A stretch of DNA of 16,514 nt from Candidatus Fervidifonticultor sextus (GCA_031459875.1 JAVKHQ010000050.1:1-16514); one strand, 5' to 3'; counted from the first letter of the stretch, positions 7,343-15,195 are shown. Notes: generated from the letters alone by a model not told the origin. Translations and numbers: made by a program.

Positions 7343-8206
7343 TCACTCGGCAGAGAGGAGGACCGAGTCCACGTACAGGAAGGCGCGCTTGTCGAGGTCG
7401 GTCTCGACCCACATGAAGGGGTTGAGCATGCACCACAGGTTGGGCATGGCCCCCAGCATCATCGGGGCGATGCCCGACGGATCGAAGGTGCGGTCGTTGC
7501 ACTGGAACGCGGTGAAAGCCATCGCGTCGAGATCGAACCCGAACCTGACGTAGTGCCAGTTCTGCTTCGTCGCGATCTCGTTGTAGCACAACTGCTGGTG
7601 GCCGTCTGGCACATCCTCCCAGCCCGTCGGAGCCAGATGGAAGTGGGAGCGCGTCTTGCCGGTCGTGCCGATCTCGTGCATGGGTTCCGGTGCGCGCTTG
7701 AACTGCCACCGTTCCACCATCTGGCCGCCCAGCGCGTTCAGGTACCGAAGGTGGGGCATCACGCGCCGGGCGCCGGTCCGGCGATCCCCGTCCTGGAGGT
7801 CCAGGCCGAAGCCGACGGCGCGCACATCGGTGTTGGACAGCTGCAACTCCGTGGCTTCAGGTTTGAAGGTGAAGTACGCCTCAAACTGAATCCGGCCGGG
7901 GCGGCGCCAGGTCAAGCGCTTGACGGCCACGGCTAGGCTGCCGGCCTGGGGGCGGGTCGCCAGTTTCAGGGCGTAGGTCCCGTCCAGGCCGCCGGCGGAG
8001 CCCGTGTCCCACATGCTGAGGTTGCTGAGCATGGGGGGACGGAGATCGCGGTACTCCGGCAGCAGGGAGTCCAGGGATCCTTCGTAGTTGCCGATGAGTG
8101 CCGTGTACCCGTTGAGCCCGCCGTCGAAGTCCGCGAAAAAGAGGATGCGGGGGAGGGGATCGAACCGGCTGAGCGCCGGGGAGAGGAGCTCGGGAGCGCG
8201 CTGCAT
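7343..8206 (-). CDS. Uncharacterised 287 aa protein (possibly DUF6772-like)
   Basis: Aromatic-rich ORF with GC-rich third codon positions (DFDGG.NGY, GTYALKLATRP, YNEIATKQNWHY.RF.FD), paired with the 110 aa gene. The DUF name is from memory and unverified. Confidence 0.75.
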   Translation of the reverse strand: MQRAPELLSPALSRFDPLPRILFFADFDGGLNGYTALIGNYEGSLDSLLPEYRDLRPPMLSNLSMWDTGSAGGLDGTYALKLATRPQAGSLAVAVKRLTWRRPGRIQFEAYFTFKPEATELQLSNTDVRAVGFGLDLQDGDRRTGARRVMPHLRYLNALGGQMVERWQFKRAPEPMHEIGTTGKTRSHFHLAPTGWEDVPDGHQQLCYNEIATKQNWHYVRFGFDLDAMAFTAFQCNDRTFDPSGIAPMMLGAMPNLWCMLNPFMWVETDLDKRAFLYVDSVLLSAE

Positions 8207-8216
8207 GCCTTCGAAT

Positions 8217-8244
8217 CTTCGCAGGGGGTGGGGGCAAACCCTCT
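8217..8244 (-). promoter_or_regulatory. SigH-like promoter motif upstream of the 287 aa gene
   Basis: Minus strand AGAGGG-N18-GAAG, 10 nt before the ATG at 8206. Confidence 0.4.
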
Positions 8245-8280
8245 CCGCCGCCTACCCGCGACCCCGCCGGCCCAGCCGCC

Positions 8281-8308
8281 ACAGGGGGATCGCCTGAGGA
8301 CGGCGAAT
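8281..8308 (+). promoter_or_regulatory. SigH-like promoter motif upstream of the ABC importer
   Basis: ACAGGG-N18-GAAT, followed by a GACGGCC-AGA-GGCCGTC hairpin (8314-8330) and an AAGGAGG Shine-Dalgarno (8350-8356). Confidence 0.45.
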
Positions 8309-8364
8309 CTACCGACGGCCAGAGGCCGTCAACCATCAGGACACGCTGCAAGGAGGGGTGTGCT

Positions 8365-9879
8365 GTGACACGGTGGCGTCGAGGCTCCCCACGGATCATC
8401 GTGTGGGTCACCGTCTCGGTGCTCGCATCGGCTGCCGCGCAGGCCGGGCCGTCCGTCACACCAGGCACGCTGACGATCGCGTATCCGCAACGGGTCGTCT
8501 CGCCGGACCCCTACGGGACCGCGGCGGCCGAACGGATCACCATCATCCTGGCCCGCCACCTCTTCGACACGCTGATCACCTGGGATCCGGGCGCCAAGCG
8601 GTTCCAGCCGGCCCTGGCAGAACGCTGGCGGAGCCTCGATCCTACGACCTGGGAGTTCGCGCTGCGGCGCGGTGTGAGGTTCCACGACGGACAGGAGTTC
8701 ACCTCGGCGGCTGTCAAGACGTCGATCGAGCGCGCACAGCAGATGCGCGGACCGCTGGTTCCCCTCTTCTCGCCGATCACTGCGGTGGAGACGCCCGACC
8801 CGTACCGGGTCATCATCAGGACCGCCACCCCGTTGGGCACGCTCCTCTCGAATCTGACGATGCTGGCCATCGTTCCCGCCGGGACACCGCCCACACCGGC
8901 GTTTGGTGAACGGCCGGTCGGGACCGGGCCGTTTCGGTTCGTCGAGTTCGTCCGCGACACCCGGGTCGTGCTGGAGGCCAACCCGACCTACTGGCGGCCG
9001 GGCATTCCCAAAGTGCGCCGGCTGGTCTTCGTGGACATCCCGGAACTCTCGGCGCGGGTGACGGCCCTTGAGACCGGCGAAATCGACATGACCGTCCAGT
9101 TGACGCCCGAAGAGATCAAGCGTCTGCGTTCGAATCCCGCCATCAAGATTGAGATCGGCCCCACATTCTACACGCGGTTCTTGTGGATCAACTCCAGCCG
9201 TAAGCCGTTTGACGACGTCCGCGTTCGCCGCGCCGTGGCCCGGGCGCTCAACATCAATGCCATCACGAGTTCCCTGGTGGCGGGGATCGCCAAGCCGGCT
9301 GAGGCCCCCATCGGCAGCAATGTGCTCTGCTTCGCCAAGATGGCGCCGTATGGGTACAGCGGCGCGGAAGCCCGCCGGCTCCTGACCGAAGCGGGCCTGG
9401 GTCGGGGCTTTGAGGCCGAGATGAAGTGGAACGACGCTCTGCCCAAAGAGCGCGAGGTGGCCGATGCCATCGTGGGACAGCTGGCGCTGGTCGGGATCCG
9501 GGTGCGAAGTACCCTGCAGCCCCGAGCCATCTGGGTGGACGACCTGATCAAGCTCAACTGGGATTTGAACCTGCTGGGCACCGGCGCCGTCACCGGAGAT
9601 GCCGACTACTCCCTGGGCCGGCTCTATCACTCGAGGGCGAACCGCACGGGCTACGTCAACGCCGAGCTCGATCGTCTGCTCGACCAGGCCGCCAGCACCG
9701 TCGATACGGAACGGCGGTGTGAGCTGTACAAGCGAGTCCAGGAGATCCTCTGGAGTGAGGTGCCGGGGGTCTTCCTGTTTGAGTCGCTGGAGGTCTATGC
9801 GTACCGCACCCGCGTCTCGGGATTCAAGGTCCCACCCAGCGAGATCTTCACCCTGACTGAGGTGTCTGTGACGCCATAG
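8365..9879 (+). CDS. ABC transporter substrate-binding protein, family 5 (DppA/OppA/NikA-like)
   Basis: Signal peptide (..SAAAQA), LFDTLI, PALAERW, F.LR.GVRFHDG, PVGTGPF and PFDDVRVRRA. AAGGAGG lies 8 nt before the GTG. Confidence 0.93.
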   Translation: MTRWRRGSPRIIVWVTVSVLASAAAQAGPSVTPGTLTIAYPQRVVSPDPYGTAAAERITIILARHLFDTLITWDPGAKRFQPALAERWRSLDPTTWEFALRRGVRFHDGQEFTSAAVKTSIERAQQMRGPLVPLFSPITAVETPDPYRVIIRTATPLGTLLSNLTMLAIVPAGTPPTPAFGERPVGTGPFRFVEFVRDTRVVLEANPTYWRPGIPKVRRLVFVDIPELSARVTALETGEIDMTVQLTPEEIKRLRSNPAIKIEIGPTFYTRFLWINSSRKPFDDVRVRRAVARALNINAITSSLVAGIAKPAEAPIGSNVLCFAKMAPYGYSGAEARRLLTEAGLGRGFEAEMKWNDALPKEREVADAIVGQLALVGIRVRSTLQPRAIWVDDLIKLNWDLNLLGTGAVTGDADYSLGRLYHSRANRTGYVNAELDRLLDQAASTVDTERRCELYKRVQEILWSEVPGVFLFESLEVYAYRTRVSGFKVPPSEIFTLTEVSVTP

Positions 9880-10796
9880 CCCGGTACCTGCTCCGCCGGA
9901 TCCTCGCAGCCCTCCTGGTCGTCTGGGGCGTAGTGACCCTCATTTTCCTGATCGTCCGGGTCATTCCGGGCGATCCGGCGTCGGTGTTGCTCGGCACGTT
10001 CGCCACCGCCGAGCTGCTGGCCGAACAGCGGACCAAGATGGGCCTGGACCGTCCCCTCGCCGTCCAATACGTGCTGTTTCTCCGGCAGGCCGCTGCCGGG
10101 GACTGGGGGCGCTCGTACCATGAAGGCAGGCCCGCATTCGGGATCGTCCTCGAGCGTCTGCCCGCGACCCTTGAACTCGCGGCTGCCGCCACAGCCCTCA
10201 CGGTCGTGACCAGCTTCCTGCTGGGCTCGCTGGCGGCACGGTGGGTCCAGTCGCCCGTGGATCACGCCATCGGCATCTTCTCATTAGTCGGGCAGGCCGT
10301 GCCCAACTTCTGGCTGGGCCTGGTCCTCATCCTGGTCTTCGCCCGGTCGCTGCACTGGCTGCCCTCATTTGGCCGCGGCACGCTGTGGCATCTGGTCCTG
10401 CCCGCCGTCACGCTGGCGGTGCAGCTTATCGGGGTGATGACCCGCCTGATCCGTGCCGGTATCCTGGAGACCCAGGGCCAGGACTTCGTGCGGACCGCCC
10501 GGGCGAAGGGCGTGACGGAGACCGGGATCCTGGTCCGCCATGTCTACCGGAACATGCTGATTCCCGTGGTCACCATGCTGGGCCTGCAGCTCGGCTCGCT
10601 GGTGGCCGGCGTCGTGGTGATCGAGACGGTCTTCGCGTGGCCGGGGTTGGGCCGGCTGATCGTGGCGGCAATCAACAACCGGGACTACCCGGTGGTGCAG
10701 GCGGCGATCACCTTCGTGGCGGCCATGTTCGTGTTCCTCAATTTGGTCGTGGATCTGACCTACGCCTACCTGGATCCGCGCATCCGGTATCAGTGA
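9876..10796 (+). CDS. ABC transporter permease, DppB/OppB-like (probable ATA start)
   Basis: PGDPA, GLDRPL..QY, RLPATLELA, P.FWLGL, DFVRTARAKG, IETVFAWPGLG, RDYPVVQ and LDPRIR. The typical N-terminus ARYLLRRIL.. extends 19 codons upstream of GTG 9933 to ATA 9876. Confidence 0.9.
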   Translation: MARYLLRRILAALLVVWGVVTLIFLIVRVIPGDPASVLLGTFATAELLAEQRTKMGLDRPLAVQYVLFLRQAAAGDWGRSYHEGRPAFGIVLERLPATLELAAAATALTVVTSFLLGSLAARWVQSPVDHAIGIFSLVGQAVPNFWLGLVLILVFARSLHWLPSFGRGTLWHLVLPAVTLAVQLIGVMTRLIRAGILETQGQDFVRTARAKGVTETGILVRHVYRNMLIPVVTMLGLQLGSLVAGVVVIETVFAWPGLGRLIVAAINNRDYPVVQAAITFVAAMFVFLNLVVDLTYAYLDPRIRYQ

Positions 10797-11689
10797 TGGC
10801 CGGGCAGTCCGCCGCGGCACCGGCGGATCGCCCCCTCGCGGGGCGGCGATCACGCGTGACCACGCGCAAGGGGCGCCGGGTCGTCATCGCCGGCGTCGTG
10901 TTGGCGCTGACCGCGCTGGTGGGCCTGGGCGGACCTCTCGTGGTGCCCTACGATCCACTGGCGCTGCGATTGGAGGAGCGGTTGCAGCCTCCGGGCGCAC
11001 GGCTGGCCGATGGGCGGATCGCCTGGCTGGGGACCGACCAGCTGGGGCGCGACCTGCTTCAGCAGGTCATCCACGGCGCCCGCGTGTCGATGTTGGTGGC
11101 CGTGAGCACGGTCCTCATGGCGGGTGTCTCCGGCACGTTGCTCGGGCTCCTGGCCGGGTACTACGGCGGGATGATCGACACGGCCCTGATGGCGCTGGTG
11201 GACCTCCAACTGGCCTTTCCCCCGCTACTGCTGGCCATCCTGATGGCGGCGATGCTCGGTCCGTCGCTGCTGAATGTGGTGCTGACCCTCTCGGTGATCC
11301 GGTGGGCCGTCTACGCGCGGCTCGCACGCGGCGCCGTGCTCTCCCTGCGCGAGAAGGAGTTCGTCGAGGCGGCGCGTGCGCTGGGCGCCAGAGGAAGCCG
11401 GGTGATGCTGGTCCACCTGCTGCCCAACATGCTCACGCCGCTGGTCATTCTGGCCACCCTGCAGATCGCCCTCCAGATGCTGGCCGAAGCGGCGCTCAGC
11501 TTCCTGGGCCTCGGCATCCCTCACCCGCTGCCGTCGTGGGGCGTGACCATCAGCCAGGGTCGCGACTACCTCCACAACGCCTGGTGGATCGCGACGGCCC
11601 CGGGCGCAGTCATGACCGTCGTGGTGCTCAGCGTCGGCCTCTTCGGCGACGCGGTCAGGGACTACCTGGATCCGCGGTTCCAGCAGTAG
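10796..11689 (+). CDS. ABC transporter permease, DppC/OppC-like
   Basis: WLGTDQLGRD, GARVS, EFVEAARALGA (EAA loop), HLLPN, EAALSFLGLG, PSWG and GDAVRDYLDPR. The ATG overlaps the upstream stop (TGATG). Confidence 0.92.
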   Translation: MAGQSAAAPADRPLAGRRSRVTTRKGRRVVIAGVVLALTALVGLGGPLVVPYDPLALRLEERLQPPGARLADGRIAWLGTDQLGRDLLQQVIHGARVSMLVAVSTVLMAGVSGTLLGLLAGYYGGMIDTALMALVDLQLAFPPLLLAILMAAMLGPSLLNVVLTLSVIRWAVYARLARGAVLSLREKEFVEAARALGARGSRVMLVHLLPNMLTPLVILATLQIALQMLAEAALSFLGLGIPHPLPSWGVTISQGRDYLHNAWWIATAPGAVMTVVVLSVGLFGDAVRDYLDPRFQQ

Positions 11690-11702
11690 CTCCAGACAGC
11701 CC

Positions 11703-12911
11703 TCAGGGTGCAGGCGGCCGGACCCAGCGGCCCGCCTGCATGACGGCCAGGGGACGAGCGAGCACGGTGAGATCCACCAGCGGGTCGTCCTCCAGCACGA
11801 CCAGGTCCGCATGGGCTCCGGGGGTGAGAATTCCGATGTCGGGGATCCCCAACACGCCAGCGGCCACGCGTCCTGCCGCGGCCATGGCGAGCGCCGGCGA
11901 CATGCCGCATGCGTGGAGCGCGAGAATCTCGGTGACCACCCCTCCGTGCGGCGTGTCGGCCACCCCGGCGTCGGATCCCACCACCACCAGGACCCCGCAC
12001 TCCAGCGCCGCCCGGACCGCTGCCCGCCGGGCTTCCCACCGTTCGCCGACCGCAGCCATGCGCCTGGTGGGCACACGGCCCGGATCGGCTGGGCGAAGGA
12101 CTCCAGCATGGATAGCAGGCGCGAGCGTCGGGACGAAGGCGATGCGGCGTGCGGCCATGGCCTCCAGGGTGGATGGCGACACAAAGCTGCCATGCTCGAT
12201 GGTCTGCATCCCGGCGGCGACCGCCTGACGGACGCCCGCATCAGCGTGCGCGTGACACGCCACGGGCAGGCCGAGGCGGCGGGCCTCCTCCCCCAGGGCC
12301 GCCATCTCGTCATCCGTAAACTGGCAGGCGCGCGGATCGGTCTGGGGGCTTGAGCCTCCCCCGGTTGCCACGATCTTGATCACGTCCACGCCGGCAGCCT
12401 GGAGGCTTTGGACAGCGGCCCGGGCGGCGTCCGGTCCCCGAACCGGGATGCCCATCTGGTGCAGGTGACCTCCAGGCGAGGTGATCGGCGCGCCGCTGGC
12501 GACGATGCGCGGCCCGCGGGCACTCCCGGCGGCGATGTCATCCCGCAGCGACACGACCAGGCCCGTGGGAGACCCGAGATCCCGAACCGTGGTCACCCCG
12601 GCCAGCAGCGTGCGTTCGGCGTGCTCGCGCATCAGGCGTGCGAGTTCTTCGGGGCCGGCGGCGCTAAACGCACCCAGGGGATCCGAACCCCCATCCAGGC
12701 AGAGATGCACGTGCATGTCGACAAGACCCGGGGCGACGACCCGACCGGCCAGCGATTCCTCCCGGGCCATCCGTGCGGAGCCAGGCTCGACGATGCGGCC
12801 TGAGACAATCCATACCTCGCCTTCTGCGGGCGGACCGCCCAGTCCGTCCAGCACCCGGCACTCCCGCAGGACCAGCGCTTGCCCGGAGCCCCCTGGAGGG
12901 ACACCGCCCAT
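11703..12911 (-). CDS. Metal-dependent amidohydrolase (prolidase/carboxypeptidase-like subgroup)
   Basis: PGLVDMHVH (HxH), GVTTVRDLG, IKIVATGG (carbamylated Lys position), HAH, IEHG, GSDAG and G..ADLVVL..DPL. Confidence 0.9.
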   Translation of the reverse strand: MGGVPPGGSGQALVLRECRVLDGLGGPPAEGEVWIVSGRIVEPGSARMAREESLAGRVVAPGLVDMHVHLCLDGGSDPLGAFSAAGPEELARLMREHAERTLLAGVTTVRDLGSPTGLVVSLRDDIAAGSARGPRIVASGAPITSPGGHLHQMGIPVRGPDAARAAVQSLQAAGVDVIKIVATGGGSSPQTDPRACQFTDDEMAALGEEARRLGLPVACHAHADAGVRQAVAAGMQTIEHGSFVSPSTLEAMAARRIAFVPTLAPAIHAGVLRPADPGRVPTRRMAAVGERWEARRAAVRAALECGVLVVVGSDAGVADTPHGGVVTEILALHACGMSPALAMAAAGRVAAGVLGIPDIGILTPGAHADLVVLEDDPLVDLTVLARPLAVMQAGRWVRPPAP

Positions 12912-12917
12912 GCGCGC

Positions 12918-14045
12918 CTACCAGACGACGCGATAGCGGGCGACGGCGTCTGGATCCAAATCGATTCCCAGCCCCGGGCCGCCGGGAACCGGGATCTGCC
13001 CGTCGATGAGCTGACCGGGTCCTCCCACGGGTGCGACGGTCAGTGCCTCGCGCAGCGGATTGGTCGTGTAGATGCATTCATACGTCAGGAAGTTGGGCGC
13101 GGCTGCGGCCAGGTGCAGGGTCGCGGCCACGCACACGGCCGCCGAAAAGCCGACGTGCGGCGCGTAGGCCACGTGATGGGCGCTGGCGAGGTCGATGATC
13201 TTTCGTGTTTCGCTGATGCCTCCTGCGCGGGCCACGTCGGGCTGCAGGATCTCGATGACGCGCCGGTCCAGCAGGGTGCGGACGCCGAAGCGCGTGAACT
13301 CGGCCTCTCCCGCCGCCAGCGGGATCGAGGTCGCGGCCCGGATACGCTCGTAGCCTTCGAGGTCATCGGCGACCACCGGCTCTTCGAACCAGGCGATGCG
13401 CAGGTCTTGCACGCGGTGGGCCAGATCGATCGCCTCGGCCGCCCGGAAGGCACCGTTGGCGTCGAGCATGAGGTCGACCCGATCTCCCACCACGCGGCGG
13501 ATGGCCCGGACGTTGGCCGCATCCTCTCCGACCCCGGTCCCGACCTTGATTTTGATGGCTCGAAAGCCGTGCTCCACCAGGGCCGCAGCGTCGGCCTCCA
13601 TCTGCCGTCGCTCGCGCACCATGACCGACGAGGCATAGGCCGGAAGGCGGGTGCGCACGGCCCCGCCCAGCAGGGCGTGCAGGGGTACACCCAGCGCCCG
13701 CGCCTTCAGGTCCCAGAGGGCGGTGTCGACGCCCGCGAGACCCTCGACCAGCATGCCACGGGAATGTCCGGACAGCGACCGAAGGTCGCGGAACATCCGC
13801 CCCCACAGCGCCTCAGTGTCGAACGGGTCGGCGCCGACCACCAGCGGGGCCAGCAGGTCCTCGACGATGGCGGCCCAAATGCGGGGCGAGTAGCGGGCCA
13901 GGCACTCGCCGTAGCCGACCAGGCCGGTATCGGATCGCACTTCGACGAGCGTGGCGGCCATCTGCGAAAACGTGGCCACCCCGGTGCGTTGCGGCTCGTC
14001 CAGGGTCGCCAGCAACGGAAGGGCCCGGACCGACTCGATCCGCAT
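12918..14045 (-). CDS. Enolase-superfamily enzyme, mandelate racemase subgroup (likely acid-sugar dehydratase or racemase)
   Basis: G.GE, D.ALWDL.A, KIK (KxK), metal ligands DAN/EEP/GE, QPD...PH His-Asp dyad, and PGLG. Confidence 0.9.
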   Translation of the reverse strand: MRIESVRALPLLATLDEPQRTGVATFSQMAATLVEVRSDTGLVGYGECLARYSPRIWAAIVEDLLAPLVVGADPFDTEALWGRMFRDLRSLSGHSRGMLVEGLAGVDTALWDLKARALGVPLHALLGGAVRTRLPAYASSVMVRERRQMEADAAALVEHGFRAIKIKVGTGVGEDAANVRAIRRVVGDRVDLMLDANGAFRAAEAIDLAHRVQDLRIAWFEEPVVADDLEGYERIRAATSIPLAAGEAEFTRFGVRTLLDRRVIEILQPDVARAGGISETRKIIDLASAHHVAYAPHVGFSAAVCVAATLHLAAAAPNFLTYECIYTTNPLREALTVAPVGGPGQLIDGQIPVPGGPGLGIDLDPDAVARYRVVW

Positions 14046-14065
14046 GGGGATGGGCCGTCTGGCGG

Positions 14066-15094
14066 TCAGCGGGTCACGGCGCCGTGCCCTGCGGCAACCC
14101 CAGCCAGCGCGTCGGCGTGGAGGAAAAGGTTGGGGGCGCCGCCGGAGTGCAGGAAGACCACGACAGCCTCGCGCCGAATCCGGCCGGTGCGGACCGCGTC
14201 GCTCGCCGCGGCCCAGGCCTTGCCCGTGTAGACCGGATCAAACAGCAGGCCTTCCCTGGCTGCCGCCAGCCTGACGGCCTCAAGGCTCTCGGGGGTGGGA
14301 ATGCCGTATCCGGGGCCCACGTAGGCATCCGTGACGTCGATCTCCACGTCGGATACCGGAGAGGGCACCCCGACCAGGTCGGCTGCGGCCTGCATGTGGC
14401 CGGCGATGCGGGCGCGCAACTCGATCGCCGGTGTATTCACCGAGACGCCCATGACGTGGCTTCCGGCTCCGGCCAAACGCAGCCCGAGCAGCAGCCCTGC
14501 GTGCATGGTGCCCGATCCGTCGGCGAGCACCACGTGATCACACCGCGTTTGCCGGTCGGCCAGTTGCTCGTGCAGCTCGAACGCCGCCTGCACATACCCG
14601 AGGGCCGCACGGCCGCCGGAGAAGGTGCCGAGGTGGATCAGATAGGGACGTCCGCCCCTCGCTCGCACCTCATCGGCGAGCCCGTGCATCAGCGCCACGG
14701 TCGAGGCCGCATACGGGTCGTCCGTGTCGACATAGTGGACGTCGGCGCCGAAGAGCCGCATCAGCAAGAGGTTGCCGCGCACGGGTGCGTCGGACCGGCC
14801 TCGAACGACGAGGATCGGCCGCAGGCCCATGCGCCGGCAGGCCGCGGCGGTCAGGCGCAGGAAATTCGACTGCGCGCTCGCGGTGGTGATGATCGTGTCG
14901 GCACGTTGGGCCAGTGCCTCCCCCAGGAGGTATTCCAACTTCCGGACCTTGTTGCCGCCGAGGGCCAGGTCGGTCAGATCGTCACGCTTGACCAACAGCC
15001 GGGCCACGCCCAGCGCCTCGGCCAGGCGTGGGGCATCTTCGAGGGGTGTGGGATAGCGGGCCAGCAGCAGGCGGGGCAGGCCGTCCAGCTTCAT
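14066..15094 (-). CDS. D-cysteine desulfhydrase/ACC deaminase family PLP enzyme
   Basis: PTPL, KRDDL, GGNKVRKLEY (PLP lysine), QSN, GN, Y.G.GYG, EG..DPVYTGKA and FLHSGG. AGGA lies upstream of the ATG. Confidence 0.9.
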   Translation of the reverse strand: MKLDGLPRLLLARYPTPLEDAPRLAEALGVARLLVKRDDLTDLALGGNKVRKLEYLLGEALAQRADTIITTASAQSNFLRLTAAACRRMGLRPILVVRGRSDAPVRGNLLLMRLFGADVHYVDTDDPYAASTVALMHGLADEVRARGGRPYLIHLGTFSGGRAALGYVQAAFELHEQLADRQTRCDHVVLADGSGTMHAGLLLGLRLAGAGSHVMGVSVNTPAIELRARIAGHMQAAADLVGVPSPVSDVEIDVTDAYVGPGYGIPTPESLEAVRLAAAREGLLFDPVYTGKAWAAASDAVRTGRIRREAVVVFLHSGGAPNLFLHADALAGVAAGHGAVTR

Positions 15095-15107
15095 CTGGTC
15101 CTTGATC

Positions 15108-15135
15108 CTTCTCCACGAGGGGGAGGTCCTCCTGG
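15108..15135 (-). promoter_or_regulatory. SigH-like promoter motif upstream of the PLP enzyme/enolase/amidohydrolase unit
   Basis: Minus strand CCAGGA-N18-GAAG, 13 nt before the ATG at 15094. Confidence 0.45.
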
Positions 15136-15156
15136 GCGCCGTGAGGCGACGATGCG

Positions 15157-15185
15157 TTGAAGGGCCCCCAGGCCCGTGCTATCGT
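15157..15185 (+). promoter_or_regulatory. Sigma70-type promoter of def-fmt
   Basis: TTGAAG-N17-TATCGT with an extended -10 TG at 15177-15178. Confidence 0.6.
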
Positions 15186-15195
15186 GGGGAGCGGT

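Noticed and set aside
8230..8300. GGGCAAACC resembling the start of a c-di-GMP-I riboswitch
   Set aside because: No GNRA-capped stem or GGGACGCAAAGC segment follows. The bases are better explained as part of the minus-strand promoter motif.
8293..8340. Larger riboswitch-like fold (CCTGA...TCAGG enclosing the 8314-8330 hairpin, with an alternative GACGGC at 8299-8304)
   Set aside because: It matches no aptamer I recognise, and the 5' arm lies inside the predicted promoter, so it would not be transcribed.
10241..10795. 185-codon N-terminal extension of the second permease in the ORF track
   Set aside because: It overlaps the first permease in another frame. The TGATG junction at 10794-10798 gives the natural start.
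14066..15094. Calling this gene acdS (ACC deaminase)
   Set aside because: It lacks the diagnostic Glu and Leu, having Thr and Ser instead.
7004..15195. Active mobile element, prophage or CRISPR array
   Set aside because: No recombinase, transposase, att-like direct repeats, tRNA or regularly spaced repeats were seen.
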